DNA of 63,961 bases, the filler included. It is 4 parts of 4 records of this genome, joined end to end, with 100 filler letters (N's around TTAATTAATTAA, not from the genome) between each part and the next. Parts side by side here need not be neighbours in the genome. Positions count along the whole stretch, not along the records: positions 45,098 to 58,685 come from SRR2962707_1123; 3 more parts are not named here. The stretch is one strand, 5' to 3'. Position numbers and translations under genes: made by a program. Of the stretch, positions 48,115 to 58,785 are shown one piece after another. Below the pieces are notes generated by a model, which saw nothing but the letters and a program-made list of their open reading frames with translations, was not told the origin of the DNA and did no database searches. Positions within the stretch are counted from its first letter, which is position 1. Every line of letters starts with the position of its first letter.

Positions 48115-49038
48115 TCAGGCCTTGGGGTGGGTGGCCTCATAGACCCTCATCAGGTGCAGGGTGTCAACGGCGGTATAGGCCTGTGTGGTCGACAGCGACG
48201 CATGGCCCAGCAGTTCCTGAATCGTGCGCAGATCGCCACCGGCAGACAGCAGATGTGTGGCAAAGCTGTGGCGCATGGCGTGGGGGGTTGCGGTGGCAGG
48301 CAGACCCAGCTGCATGCGCGCGTTTTCAGTTACCTTCTGGATCAGCCGAGGGTTGAGCCCACCGCCGCGCGCCCCGCGAAACAATGGCGCGTCTAGTTCG
48401 GGTGCATATGGGCAGGTGGCGACATACCGCGCCACGGCCGCACGGGCGACCGGCAGCACCGGCACCACGCGTTCCTTGCCACCCTTGCCGATGATCCGAA
48501 GGGAATCGCCCAGCGGCAGGTCGCGGCCACGCAGGCTCAGCGCCTCGGAAATTCGCAGGCCGCAGCCGTAAAGCAGTATAATAACGGCGGCATCGCGTGC
48601 GCCGATCCAATCCGTGACGTTTTGCGTCTCGACCGTGTCGATCATCGCGCGGGCGGCGTCCTGGGACAGCGGGCGGGGTAGTTTCTTTTGAAACTTTGGT
48701 GTGCGGGTGGATAGGACTGCGGTGGGTTCATACCCCTCACGCTCGGCCAGCCAGCGATAGAAGGATTTCACCGCCGAGAGTTTGCGCGCCATTGATCGCG
48801 ACCCGGCGCCCCCGCCGCGCAGGTGCGCCATCCAGGCGCGCATATCGGTGACGGTAAGGCGGGATAGGGGACCAAGACCATTGGTCCCGCCATGGTGCAG
48901 CGTCATGAAGGCGATGAAATCGACCACATCAGCGCGATAGGCAGTTAAGGTATTGTCGGCGGCGCCTTTGAGGGCGCGCGCAGCGGCCAGCCAGTTCTCC
49001 AACGCGTCACGCGCCTGCGGAGAAATGGCAAGGGTCAT
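48115..49038 (-). CDS. xerC: Tyrosine recombinase XerC
   Basis: LPRPL, GLRISE, GKGGKER, TPHAMRHSFATHLL and LLGHASLSTTQAY. Coupled to DUF484. Confidence 0.92.
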   Translation of the reverse strand: MTLAISPQARDALENWLAAARALKGAADNTLTAYRADVVDFIAFMTLHHGGTNGLGPLSRLTVTDMRAWMAHLRGGGAGSRSMARKLSAVKSFYRWLAEREGYEPTAVLSTRTPKFQKKLPRPLSQDAARAMIDTVETQNVTDWIGARDAAVIILLYGCGLRISEALSLRGRDLPLGDSLRIIGKGGKERVVPVLPVARAAVARYVATCPYAPELDAPLFRGARGGGLNPRLIQKVTENARMQLGLPATATPHAMRHSFATHLLSAGGDLRTIQELLGHASLSTTQAYTAVDTLHLMRVYEATHPKA

Positions 49039-49745
49039 GACAACCAGCGGCGCATGGTGCGCTCGAACACTCCGGCAAAGAAGGCCAGAAGATCGGTGCC
49101 CTGCTGTGGTGTGAACTGGTCGGCATCGTCCGAACCAAGAAGCAGCAGACCCGGCAGGCGACCGGGGCCAAAGTCGAGCTTGAGGCAGGCTTCGGACCGG
49201 ATGTTGCTGGCGGCGTCACCGTAGATTTGCGGTTCGGCCTGATGCACCTGACGCAATGTCACCTGGCGCAGCGGGGCAGAGGAACGGCCCTCGGTGAGAT
49301 AGGCCGCGACCACACCGGGTTCGCCCACGGACAAGATTGGGCCAGGATGCGCCATCACGGGGTCGGAATCGTCCTGCGCGGATTCGAGCACGAGCCGGAC
49401 ACAGGACACGCGCAGGATGTCGGCCACATCGCCGCCCAGATCGCTGAGGAAGGGGGAAAATTCGATCGGATCAAGCATCCGCAGAATGGCGCGGTGGACC
49501 TGGTTCGTCCCGGCAAGATTTTCATAGGCGGCGGCGATGACCGAACGGTGAGTGTCTTCGAGCCGGTCAAGCCGCGCTTCGAGCCGATCCATGGCGATGC
49601 CGCGCAGATCGACGATATTGCCGCCCATCGATTGTTCGTTGGCGGCGATAAGCGCACGCATAACATCTTGATCTTCAAGGATAACATCAGGACGCGAGAT
49701 GATGGTGTCACGCAGGGTTTCGTCGATGCGGGGGCTGCTGCTCAT
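49035..49745 (-). CDS. DUF484 family protein
   Basis: NIVDLR and FTPQQGTDLL.FF. Overlaps the xerC start (ATGA). Confidence 0.85.
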   Translation of the reverse strand: MSSSPRIDETLRDTIISRPDVILEDQDVMRALIAANEQSMGGNIVDLRGIAMDRLEARLDRLEDTHRSVIAAAYENLAGTNQVHRAILRMLDPIEFSPFLSDLGGDVADILRVSCVRLVLESAQDDSDPVMAHPGPILSVGEPGVVAAYLTEGRSSAPLRQVTLRQVHQAEPQIYGDAASNIRSEACLKLDFGPGRLPGLLLLGSDDADQFTPQQGTDLLAFFAGVFERTMRRWLS

Positions 49746-49876
49746 GTAGATCTCTTTTTGTTTGTTGCCGGGACCCTAGCAGAGGGCGCACCGGTTTTCG
49801 CCTGTTTTGTCCAGACGTTTCAAGCTCTTTGCGGGGGTGTGGCGGATGTGTCAACGGGGCGCGCTAATAACCGCCC

Positions 49877-50227
49877 TCAGGTTTTGTGGCAGGCAGCTGC
49901 CTGCCAGATCCGGCCGCGGGCATCGAACCATAGGGTTTCGGCGGCCAACACGTTGTGGTGGTTGCGATAGGTGAGGGTGAGCATTTCGTGGCCCTGAAAG
50001 ACGTCCAACACACTGAAGTGCAGGTCTGGCTGCGCGATAAGCGCGCGGGACCAATATTCGCGCAGAGCCGGTATGCCATGGATTTCACCCGAGCCCGTGA
50101 GCGACATCGCCTTTCGCGAGCGAAAGACGATGTCGGCACGATAATGCGTGAGGATGCGGTCAAGGTCATGGCTGTTCCAGCCGTCCTGCCAGTCGCGGGC
50201 AAAGATTTCTGAATCTGGCATGGGCAT
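49877..50227 (-). CDS. SnoaL/NTF2-like protein
   Basis: WQDGWNSHDLDRILTHY...ALREYW...PDLHF. Confidence 0.8.
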   Translation of the reverse strand: MPMPDSEIFARDWQDGWNSHDLDRILTHYRADIVFRSRKAMSLTGSGEIHGIPALREYWSRALIAQPDLHFSVLDVFQGHEMLTLTYRNHHNVLAAETLWFDARGRIWQAAACHKT

Positions 50228-50300
50228 GGTCTGGGATCTTGGATCCTTGCGGGTCTGATGGGGGGAGCCGCGCCTGAAACTGGCGCGGCTTCTGGAGGTA

Positions 50301-50954
50301 TCAGAGGATCTTGATGCCGGCTTCGGCGGCGTCCTTGACGAACTGGGCGAGGCCCTTGTCGGTCAGCACGTGGTTCGCCATCGCCTTGATCACTGCCGGG
50401 GGGGCGGTTGCGACGTCGGCGCCGATCTTGGCGCATTCAGACATGTGGTTGGCCGACCGCATCGACGCGGCAAGGATCTGCGTTTCAAAGCCGAAATTGT
50501 CATAGATCGTGCGGATGTCCGCGATCAGGTCAAGCCCGTCTATGTTGATGTCATCCAGACGCCCGACAAAGGGAGAGATGAACGTCGCACCGGCCTTGGC
50601 CGCGAGAAGTGCCTGGTTGGCGGAAAAGCAGAGCGTCACATTGACCATCAGACCATCGTCCGACAGCGTCTTGCAGGCCTTGAGCCCGGCCCATGTCAGC
50701 GGCACTTTGACCGCGATGTTGGCGGCAATTTCGGCCAGTTTGCGGCCTTCGGCGATCATGTCGTCAGCTTCGAGGGCAATAACCTCGGCCGAGACCGGAC
50801 CAGAGACCAGTTCGCAGATCTCCTTTGTCACTTCGAGGATGTCGCGCCCCGATTTCAGGATCAGCGATGGGTTCGTGGTGACCCCGTCAACCATCCCGAG
50901 GTCGTTGAGTTCGGCGATGGCATCGATATCGGCGGTGTCTACGAAAAATTTCAT
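50301..50954 (-). CDS. Transaldolase / fructose-6-phosphate aldolase (TalC/Fsa type)
   Basis: Motifs [27 protein letters not shown] and SPFVGRLDD. Confidence 0.93.
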   Translation of the reverse strand: MKFFVDTADIDAIAELNDLGMVDGVTTNPSLILKSGRDILEVTKEICELVSGPVSAEVIALEADDMIAEGRKLAEIAANIAVKVPLTWAGLKACKTLSDDGLMVNVTLCFSANQALLAAKAGATFISPFVGRLDDINIDGLDLIADIRTIYDNFGFETQILAASMRSANHMSECAKIGADVATAPPAVIKAMANHVLTDKGLAQFVKDAAEAGIKIL

Positions 50955-51057
50955 TTCGGTTTCCTCTGTGTCGCTTGGCAATTCCTTGCTGCTGTCTTAC
51001 CCCAGAGAGACGGGCGCAGAAAGCCCGTTCCCTGCAGCGTCAACATGAAAAGTGTCC

Positions 51058-53250
51058 ATGTCCCCCGGTTTTTTCAACGAAGGCGATCTGATTGCGGTTC
51101 TGACCACGCAGCCGTTTGCCAGCACATTGGACTATCGCGCGCCTGATGGCGGCTGTAACCTTGGTGCCTTTGTTGAGGTGCCGCTGGGGCCGCGAAAGGT
51201 GCTGGGCGTGGTCTGGGGACCGGGAGCCGGGGATTACGATACCGCCAAGATCCGCGCCGTCATCCGCGTGTTGGACGCGATGCCGATGCGTGACGAATTG
51301 CGCAGCTTTCTGGAACGTGCTGGTGAATACACGTTGACGCCGCTGCCTGCGATGCTGCGGCTGTGCACGCGCGCGCCGGGGCTGGGCGATCCGCCGTCAA
51401 CGCGCAAGGTGTACCGTCTGGGCCTGTCGGAACCGGACCGAATGACCGATGCCCGCACCCGGGTGCTGGCGGTTTTGCGCGAAATGGGGGGGCTGTCGTT
51501 GACCCTTGGTGAACTGTCCGAGGCTGCGGGCGTGACCACATCGGTCATCAAGGGGTTGGTCAAGCTGGGCGCGGTGCACGAAGAGGAAAGCCCGCGTGAT
51601 ACGGCCTTTCCACACCTTGATCCCGGTCTTGGTGGCAAGGCGCTGACCGGAGATCAGGCGGCAGGGGCCGAGGCGCTGATGGCGGGCGTACGTTCTGGCG
51701 TTTATGGTACGACCCTGCTGCGCGGTGTTACCGGATCGGGCAAGACCGAAGTCTACCTCGAGGCGGTGGCGGAATGTCTGCGGCAGGGTCGGCAGGCGCT
51801 TGTGCTGCTGCCTGAAATTGCGCTGTCTGCCGAATTCCTGACCCGGGTCGAGGCGCGGTTTGGTGCCCGCCCTGCCGAATGGCATTCGGGCGTCACCGTG
51901 ACCGAACGCCGGCGCGTCTGGAAAATGGTGGGTGAGGGGCACGCGCAGTTGGTTGTCGGCGCGCGTTCGGCGCTGTTTCTGCCGTTCCAGCACCTTGGGC
52001 TTGTGGTGGTGGATGAGGAACACGACACCTCCTACAAGCAGGAAGAAGGCGTACTTTATAACGCGCGGGATATGGCCGTGCTGCGCGCGGCGATCTGCGG
52101 CGCACGTGTCGTGCTGGCATCGGCCACGCCGAGTTTAGAGAGCTGGGCCAATGCCGAGGCGGGCAAGTATGACCGGATCGAGCTGACGGCGCGGTTTGGT
52201 GCTGCGGTGATGCCGGTGATGCGTACGATCGACATGCGCGCCGAAGATTTGCCGCGAGACCGCTGGGTGTCGCCGTCGTTGCAGCGCGCTGTGGCCAATC
52301 GACTGGAAAAGGGCGAACAGTCGCTGCTGTTCCTGAACCGGCGCGGCTATGCCCCGGTGACGATCTGCCGGGCCTGCGGGCATCAAATCGGATGCGATCA
52401 CTGCGATGCGCGCATGGTTGAACACCGGTTCCTGAAACGGCTGGTTTGCCATCAGTGCGGTGAAAGCAAACCGGTGCCGGATGTTTGTCCGTCCTGCGAG
52501 GCCGAAGATAAGCTGGCCGCCGTCGGCCCCGGTGTGGAACGGCTGGGTGAAGAGGTGACAGCGCTGTTTCCTAACGCCCGCGTGGCGGTATTGTCGTCGG
52601 ACATGTACGGCTCTGCCCGTGCCCTCAAGGCCGAGATCGGGGCGATTGCCAAGGGAACGGCTGATATCATCATCGGCACGCAGCTTGTGGCCAAGGGGCA
52701 CAATTTTCCCTTGCTGACTTTGGTTGGGGTGATTGATGCGGACCTTGGGCTTCAGGGGTCGGACCTGCGCGCGGCCGAACGGACGTTCCAATTGATGCGG
52801 CAGGTCGCGGGGCGCGCGGGACGCGCGGAAAAGCCTGGCGAGGCCGTGATGCAAACCTACCAGCCCGAACATCCGGTGATCCGCGCGATCCTGTCCGGTG
52901 ACGAGGAAGGATTCTGGCGCGCCGAGGCCGAAGAACGCCGCGCCGCCGGGGTGCCGCCCTATGGCCGGATGGCGGGGATCATTCTGAGTTCGACAGAGGT
53001 TCAGGAAGTTTTCGATCTGGGCAATGCCATGGCGAGGCAGGATGGTGCGCTGCGCCGGATTGGCGCGCAGGTGTTCGGCCCCGCGCCTGCACCAATTGCC
53101 CGGGTCCGGGGGCGGCATCGGGTACGGCTGCTGGTCAAGGCGCCCAAGGGCGTCGCGCTGCAAGCTGCGCTGTTGGAATGGACGGGTCAGTTCCGGTTGC
53201 GCGGGCAATTGCGGTTGGCGATCGATATCGACCCCCAAAGCTTTTACTGA
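51058..53250 (+). CDS. priA: Primosomal protein N' (replication restart helicase)
   Basis: GVTGSGKT, DEEH, SATPS, four CxxC pairs, QVAGRAGR and DIDPQ. Confidence 0.97.
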   Translation: MSPGFFNEGDLIAVLTTQPFASTLDYRAPDGGCNLGAFVEVPLGPRKVLGVVWGPGAGDYDTAKIRAVIRVLDAMPMRDELRSFLERAGEYTLTPLPAMLRLCTRAPGLGDPPSTRKVYRLGLSEPDRMTDARTRVLAVLREMGGLSLTLGELSEAAGVTTSVIKGLVKLGAVHEEESPRDTAFPHLDPGLGGKALTGDQAAGAEALMAGVRSGVYGTTLLRGVTGSGKTEVYLEAVAECLRQGRQALVLLPEIALSAEFLTRVEARFGARPAEWHSGVTVTERRRVWKMVGEGHAQLVVGARSALFLPFQHLGLVVVDEEHDTSYKQEEGVLYNARDMAVLRAAICGARVVLASATPSLESWANAEAGKYDRIELTARFGAAVMPVMRTIDMRAEDLPRDRWVSPSLQRAVANRLEKGEQSLLFLNRRGYAPVTICRACGHQIGCDHCDARMVEHRFLKRLVCHQCGESKPVPDVCPSCEAEDKLAAVGPGVERLGEEVTALFPNARVAVLSSDMYGSARALKAEIGAIAKGTADIIIGTQLVAKGHNFPLLTLVGVIDADLGLQGSDLRAAERTFQLMRQVAGRAGRAEKPGEAVMQTYQPEHPVIRAILSGDEEGFWRAEAEERRAAGVPPYGRMAGIILSSTEVQEVFDLGNAMARQDGALRRIGAQVFGPAPAPIARVRGRHRVRLLVKAPKGVALQAALLEWTGQFRLRGQLRLAIDIDPQSFY

Positions 53251-53484
53251 ATGTCGGCTTGGGGACGCTGGCCCGCTGCGCGACACCTTCCGGGCGTTCT
53301 TGCGCAGATGAAATAGGGACTGGGTCGCGGGTTTAATTAGGGCCCGACATCCGCCCACTTGGTGTCACAGTGTTCCGGCGGACCTGCGCCGGTCACGTTT
53401 TGGATAGGCCCAATGGTCAAATCGGTGGGCAAGTTTTCCGGTCGCGCCTTGTTTGTGGGCGGTGGCCCATCTACATGCTTTTAT

Positions 53485-54282
53485 ATGAAACGCTGGATCC
53501 CCTTTTTGAAATCCGATCCCTTGGTCGCCATCGTGCGGTTGCAGGGCGCGATCGGCATGGGCGGACGCGGAGCGCTGAGTGATCAGAGCCTGCGCGAGAT
53601 GCTCGAAAAAGCCTTCAGGCGCGGCAAGCCTAAGGCCGTAGCGCTTGAGATCAACTCACCCGGCGGGTCGCCGGTGCAATCCTCGCTGATCGCGGCGCGG
53701 ATCAGGCGGCTGGCCGATGAAACCGGGGTGCCGGTCTTTGCCTTTGTCGAGGATGTTGCGGCGTCGGGCGGTTACTGGCTTGCCTCCGCCGCAGATGAGA
53801 TCATTGCCGATGAGAGTTCCATTCTTGGGTCCATCGGTGTCATTTCGGCAGGGTTCGGGGCGCATGTCTTTTTAGCCCGGCAGGGGCTGGAGCGGCGGGT
53901 GCACACGGCCGGCACATCCAAGAGCATGAACGATCCTTTCAAGCCAGAAACCGAAGAGGATGTGGCACGGCTTGATCGGCTGCTGCGCCAGCTGCACGAC
54001 AATTTCATCGCGCAGGTGCGGGGACGCCGTAACGGCAAGCTGTCCAACGATCCAGAGTTGTTCACTGGAGAAGTCTGGGTTGGGCAGAGCGCTGTGGATG
54101 TCGGTCTTGCCGACGGTGTCGGCCATCTGGTGCCGTTCATGAAATATCGTTTTGGCAAAAAGATAAAATTCCGCCGGTACGAGGCGAAGCGGCCTCTATT
54201 CCAGCGCTTCGGCATTAGCCTGGCGCAGGATGCCCTGGGCGGTATCGAGGAACGGGCGCTTTTCGCGCGGTTTGGACTGTGA
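53485..54282 (+). CDS. S49 family peptidase (SppA/SohB-like)
   Basis: Motifs INSPGGSP, AASGGYW and GSIGV. Start set at MKRWIPF. Confidence 0.9.
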   Translation: MKRWIPFLKSDPLVAIVRLQGAIGMGGRGALSDQSLREMLEKAFRRGKPKAVALEINSPGGSPVQSSLIAARIRRLADETGVPVFAFVEDVAASGGYWLASAADEIIADESSILGSIGVISAGFGAHVFLARQGLERRVHTAGTSKSMNDPFKPETEEDVARLDRLLRQLHDNFIAQVRGRRNGKLSNDPELFTGEVWVGQSAVDVGLADGVGHLVPFMKYRFGKKIKFRRYEAKRPLFQRFGISLAQDALGGIEERALFARFGL

Positions 54283-54283
54283 C

Positions 54284-54451
54284 GTGATCGTCAAGATTGT
54301 GACCCTTTTCCTGGTCGGCATGGGGGTGCTAGCAATGTTCGGCAAACTCAAGGTGCCGGGCGCCAAACGGCTTGCCTCGGCCAAGTGCCGCCAGTGCGGG
54401 CGCTATCGGATTGGGCGGGGCAAATGCCCCTGCGGCGAAGGAAAGTCCTGA
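54284..54451 (+). CDS. Small membrane-anchored protein with CxxC...CxC
   Basis: 55 aa: hydrophobic N-terminus, then CRQC-x9-CPC. Fits between its neighbours with 1-bp gaps. Confidence 0.7.
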   Translation: MIVKIVTLFLVGMGVLAMFGKLKVPGAKRLASAKCRQCGRYRIGRGKCPCGEGKS

Positions 54452-54452
54452 C

Positions 54453-55400
54453 ATGGTCTGGCTGACGGTTGTTCTGGGTCTGGTGGTCCTGCTTTTGGCT
54501 GGCGATGCTCTGGTTCGGGGCGCGGTGAATCTGAGCCTACGGGTCGGAATCCCGGCATTGATCGTCAGTCTGACGATCGTGGCGTTCGGCACATCCGCGC
54601 CCGAGCTTCTGATTTCGATAAAGGCGGCGCTGGACGGCGTTCCGGGAATTGCCCTGGGCAACGTCGTTGGATCGAACACCGCCAACGTCTTGTTGGTGCT
54701 GGGTGTGCCAGGCATGCTGGCTGTGATCCACACATCCGAACATGACACCCGGAAAAGTTACATCATCATGTTGGCGGCGTCGGCATTGTTCATTGCACTG
54801 GCCTTCCGTGGGGTATTCGACTGGATCGCCGGTCTGGTATTACTGGCGGTGCTGGCGGTTGTACTGGGCGATGCAGTGCGAGATTCGCTGGCGCACCGGC
54901 GTGCGGACAGGGCCGACCCCGAAGAGCCTGTTGAGGGCGCGGACCCTGACATGCCCTGGTGGAAGATCATCTTGTTCCTGGTGCTGGGCCTTGTCGGCTT
55001 GCCGCTGGGGGCTGATCTTCTTGTTGATAGCTCTATGGTCATTGCCCAGCGTTTTGGCGTCAGCGATACTGTCATTGGCCTGACGTTGGTGGCGGTGGGC
55101 ACGTCCTTGCCGGAACTGGCAACGACAGTGATGGCGGCGTTGCGGCGGCAGGCGGATGTCGCGCTTGGCAATGTGATCGGGTCGAACCTGTTCAACCTGC
55201 TGGCGGTCGTCGGAATTGCATCACTGATCGCGCCGATGCCGGTGGACCGTGCGTTTCTGACCTTTGATTTATGGATGATGCTCGGGTCGAGCCTGCTTTT
55301 GATCCCTTTCGTTTTTTTACGTCAGAATATCGGGCGCGGCTGGGGCATTCTGCTGACGGCGCTCTATGTCGGTTACGTGGTGATCGTCCTTCAATCCTAA
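54453..55400 (+). CDS. Calcium/sodium antiporter (YrbG-like CaCA)
   Basis: Two alpha repeats, GTSAPEL...GNVVGSN and GTSLPEL...GNVIGSN. Confidence 0.92.
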   Translation: MVWLTVVLGLVVLLLAGDALVRGAVNLSLRVGIPALIVSLTIVAFGTSAPELLISIKAALDGVPGIALGNVVGSNTANVLLVLGVPGMLAVIHTSEHDTRKSYIIMLAASALFIALAFRGVFDWIAGLVLLAVLAVVLGDAVRDSLAHRRADRADPEEPVEGADPDMPWWKIILFLVLGLVGLPLGADLLVDSSMVIAQRFGVSDTVIGLTLVAVGTSLPELATTVMAALRRQADVALGNVIGSNLFNLLAVVGIASLIAPMPVDRAFLTFDLWMMLGSSLLLIPFVFLRQNIGRGWGILLTALYVGYVVIVLQS

Positions 55401-55412
55401 GAGGAGGCCTGC

Positions 55413-56189
55413 GTGAAAGCATTGGTGACAGGGGCCGGCAAACGCCTTGGCCGTGCGATGGCGCTGTTTCTGGCAGGGCGGGGCCATGACGTCGCGGTGC
55501 ATTATGCCAGTTCCTCTGTGGCGGCTGAGGAGGTCGTTCAGCTGATCCGCGGTATGGGTCGGCAGGCTGTGGCCCTGCAGGCCGACCTTACGCATGAGGA
55601 TGAGGTGCAGCGCCTTGTCCCGCGCAGTGTCGAGGCTTTGGGCGGGCCGTTGACCTGTCTGGTGAACAATGCGTCGATCTTTGAGTATGACAATATCAGC
55701 AAGGCCACCCGCGAAAGCTGGAACCGGCATTTTGAGAGCAATCTGCGCGCGCCCTTTGTGCTGATCCAGGCGCTGGCGGCGCAGGTGCCTGATCCGGTCA
55801 TGGACGAATACGGAGAGCCGGTGGCGCAGGGGCTGGTGGTCAACATGATCGATCAGCGGGTGCGCAAGCTGACCCCGGAGTTCATGACCTATACCCTGGC
55901 CAAGGCGGGTTTGTGGACGCTGACGCAGACGGCAGCACAGGCGCTGGCACCGCGCGTGCGTGTCAACGGGATCGGGCCAGGCCCGACGCTGCGCGGGGGA
56001 CGGCAGAGCGAGGATCATTTTGCCAGACAGCGCGCCGCGACAGTTCTACAACGCGGATCAAACACCTCTGATATTGTGGGCACATTATCATATTTTCTCG
56101 ATTCCCCTTCGGTTACGGGCCAACTGCTGTGCACTGACGGCGGGCAGCATCTGGGTTGGCAGACACCCGACGTGCTGGGGGTTGAGTGA
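55413..56189 (+). CDS. SDR oxidoreductase (pteridine reductase/FolM-like)
   Basis: Motifs TGAGKRLG, NNAS, YTLAK and VNGIGPG. Confidence 0.88.
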   Translation: MKALVTGAGKRLGRAMALFLAGRGHDVAVHYASSSVAAEEVVQLIRGMGRQAVALQADLTHEDEVQRLVPRSVEALGGPLTCLVNNASIFEYDNISKATRESWNRHFESNLRAPFVLIQALAAQVPDPVMDEYGEPVAQGLVVNMIDQRVRKLTPEFMTYTLAKAGLWTLTQTAAQALAPRVRVNGIGPGPTLRGGRQSEDHFARQRAATVLQRGSNTSDIVGTLSYFLDSPSVTGQLLCTDGGQHLGWQTPDVLGVE

Positions 56190-56249
56190 GGACGTTAGGT
56201 AAAGTTGTGCACGGACCACGGCAGCGTCATTCAAACGTTACAAAAGTAT

Positions 56250-56415
56250 GAATGAAATCATCACCTTGCGGCGTTGGAATAATAATAACGTTTAAAAACA
56301 GCACCTTGATTTATTGGTTAATTATTAAGCAAATCAGGGAAGCAGGTAAAATCCAAGGAAAAATTCCACTCATCCAAAAGTTACACTCAGACTTATCCAC
56401 AGGAACGGTGGATGC
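56250..56415. promoter_or_regulatory. AT-rich region with DnaA boxes and IHF-like sites
   Basis: Perfect TTATCCACA at 56393-56401, degenerate boxes at 56370, 56381 and 56407(-), and IHF-like 13-mers at 56256-56268 and 56299-56311(-). Confidence 0.55.
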
Positions 56416-56493
56416 CTTGTATCTTGCAACCGCCGAATTGCCGGTGCAGCAGAGGATACGAATCATCTTAGATATGTCAGCGTCACAGGGATC

Positions 56494-58368
56494 ATGACCG
56501 AAAAATCCGAAACTTCATCTGACACGCCCCTGATCGGGCATGCCTGCATCCAGTCGTACCTCAAAACGCTCGACAACAGCCCGGGGGTATACCGGATGCT
56601 GGATGCAGAAAGCCGGGTGCTGTACGTCGGCAAGGCGCGCAATTTGCGTGCACGGGTCAGCAATTATGCGCGTCCTACCGGCCATTCTGGGCGGATCGCT
56701 CGAATGATCCGCGAAACCGCATCGATGATGTTCCTGACCACCCGGACCGAGACCGAGGCGCTGCTGCTTGAACAAAACCTGATCAAGCAACTCAAGCCGC
56801 GCTACAACGTGCTGTTGCGCGACGACAAATCTTTTCCGAACATTCTGGTGACCGAGCACGATTTCCCTCAGATCACCAAGCATCGCGGCGCAAAGAAGGA
56901 CAAGGGCCAGTATTTCGGCCCCTTCGCCAGCGCCGGCGCGGTAAACCGGACACTGAACCAGCTGCAAAAGGTGTTTCTGTTGCGGAACTGTTCAGATTCC
57001 ATGTTTGAGTCGCGCACGCGTCCCTGCCTCCAGCATCAGATCCGCCGCTGTTCTGCACCTTGCGTGGGCAAGATTTCGGGCGAGGAGTATCGCGAAAGCG
57101 TGAAGGATGCTGCGCAGTTCCTGTCGGGCAAATCCACAGGCGTGCAAGAGGCATTGGCGCGCCAGATGGCCGAAGCCTCTGATACGATGGAGTTCGAACG
57201 GGCCGGTGCCTTGCGCGACCGAATTCGCGCGCTGACGCAGGTGCAGACCGCGCAGGGCATCAATCCACGTGGCGTGAGCGAGGCGGATGTGGTGGCGCTG
57301 CACCTTGAGGGTGGGCAGGCCTGCGTGCAGGTGTTTTTCATCCGCGCGAACCAGAACTGGGGAAACCGCGACTTTTACCCTCGGGTCGGGCCGGACGTGG
57401 ACGAAGCGGAGGTGCTGGAAGCGTTTCTGGGCCAGTTCTATGACGGCAAGGAACCGCCGAAGCTGGTCTTGCTGTCCCACGCGATTGAGAACACGGACCT
57501 CATGGAGGAGGCGCTGTCGGGCAAGCTGGGCCGCCGGGTTGAGGTGGCCGTGCCCCTGCGCGGCGAAAAGGTCGAACTGGTTGAGGGCGCTGCGCGCAAC
57601 GCGCGTGAGTCCCTGGCACGCAAGATGGCAGAGACGGCAACACAGGGCAAACTGCTGCGCGGACTGGCCGAAGCCTTTGGGCTGGAGGCACAGCCACAGC
57701 GGATCGAGGTCTACGACAACTCGCACATTCAGGGTACCAACGCGGTGGGCGGCATGATCGTGGCTGGGCCAGAAGGGTTTCTGAAGAACCAATACCGCAA
57801 GTTCAACATCCGGGGTGATACACTGACACCCGGCGATGACTTTGGCATGATGAAGGAAGTTCTGGAGCGGCGGTTCAAACGCTTGTTGAAGGAGGACCCC
57901 GACCGGACCCTAGGACAGTGGCCGGACCTGTTGCTGATCGACGGCGGTGCGGGACAGGTGTCGGCCGTGGCATCGATCATGGCGGAGTATGGCGTGCAGG
58001 ACATTCCGATGATCGGTGTCGCAAAGGGCGTGGACCGCGACGCCGGCAAGGAAGAGTTTCACCGCGTGGGGCAACGTCCTTTTGCGCTAAGGCACAACGA
58101 TCCGGTGCTGTATTTCGTACAACGGATGCGGGACGAAGTGCACAGGTTTGCCATCGGCACCCACCGTGCAAAGCGGGCCAAGGCGGTGGGGGCGACCCCG
58201 CTGGACGACGTCCCGGGTGTGGGCGCGGCACGCAAGCGGGCGCTGCTGGCGCATTTCGGATCGGCCAAGGCGGTGAGTCGGGCAAACCTTTCCGATCTCA
58301 CGGCGGTGGAGGGTGTGTCCGAGGCGCTTGCGGAACGGATCTACGGATATTTTCACGAGGGCGGCTGA
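56494..58368 (+). CDS. uvrC: Excinuclease ABC subunit C
   Basis: GIY-YIG domain (PGVYRM, LYVGKA), DNSHI, LIDGG.GQ and C-terminal HhH. Confidence 0.97.
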   Translation: MTEKSETSSDTPLIGHACIQSYLKTLDNSPGVYRMLDAESRVLYVGKARNLRARVSNYARPTGHSGRIARMIRETASMMFLTTRTETEALLLEQNLIKQLKPRYNVLLRDDKSFPNILVTEHDFPQITKHRGAKKDKGQYFGPFASAGAVNRTLNQLQKVFLLRNCSDSMFESRTRPCLQHQIRRCSAPCVGKISGEEYRESVKDAAQFLSGKSTGVQEALARQMAEASDTMEFERAGALRDRIRALTQVQTAQGINPRGVSEADVVALHLEGGQACVQVFFIRANQNWGNRDFYPRVGPDVDEAEVLEAFLGQFYDGKEPPKLVLLSHAIENTDLMEEALSGKLGRRVEVAVPLRGEKVELVEGAARNARESLARKMAETATQGKLLRGLAEAFGLEAQPQRIEVYDNSHIQGTNAVGGMIVAGPEGFLKNQYRKFNIRGDTLTPGDDFGMMKEVLERRFKRLLKEDPDRTLGQWPDLLLIDGGAGQVSAVASIMAEYGVQDIPMIGVAKGVDRDAGKEEFHRVGQRPFALRHNDPVLYFVQRMRDEVHRFAIGTHRAKRAKAVGATPLDDVPGVGAARKRALLAHFGSAKAVSRANLSDLTAVEGVSEALAERIYGYFHEGG

Positions 58369-58590
58369 TCCGGTTGAGCGGCCTTGCGACCGCACAGAAA
58401 TCTCGCCCCGCGCCCATCCGGGCGCAGGGCTCGGCGCGGGCTGCACCGTGACACAGTATTTGGCCGGTAGTGCCAGTGGTCAGGTGGCGAGACCTTGTAT
58501 GGTCTGTCGTTTGCGGTTCGACAGCAGGCCGGGGCGCCCCGAGGCATCCAAATTTACCTCCGCGGAAATTCCCATCGCAGCCGTCGATTC

Positions 58591-58647
58591 CGTATTTTGC
58601 AGAACAGTGCCACCTTGATGTAAAATAGTGCCACCTTGATGTAAAAT
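58591..58647. repeat. Tandem 21-bp direct repeat; probable transposon/IS end
   Basis: AGTGCCACCTTGATGTAAAAT twice (58606-58626 and 58627-58647), 38 bp from the contig break. Confidence 0.6.
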
Positions 58648-58685
58648 GATGTGGTAATCTCGCCTTTTTTAGCGGGGTGCGGTCG

Positions 58686-58785
58686 NNNNNNNNNNNNNNN
58701 NNNNNNNNNNNNNNNNNNNNNNNNNNNNNTTAATTAATTAANNNNNNNNNNNNNNNNNNNNNNNNNNNNNNNNNNNNNNNNNNNN
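58686..58785. other. Artificial contig-join spacer
   Basis: N44-TTAATTAATTAA-N44. Confidence 0.98.

Noticed and set aside
48115-49038. Tyrosine recombinase as a prophage or island integrase
   Set aside because: XerC-like length and motifs, coupled to DUF484, with no phage genes or att-like context.
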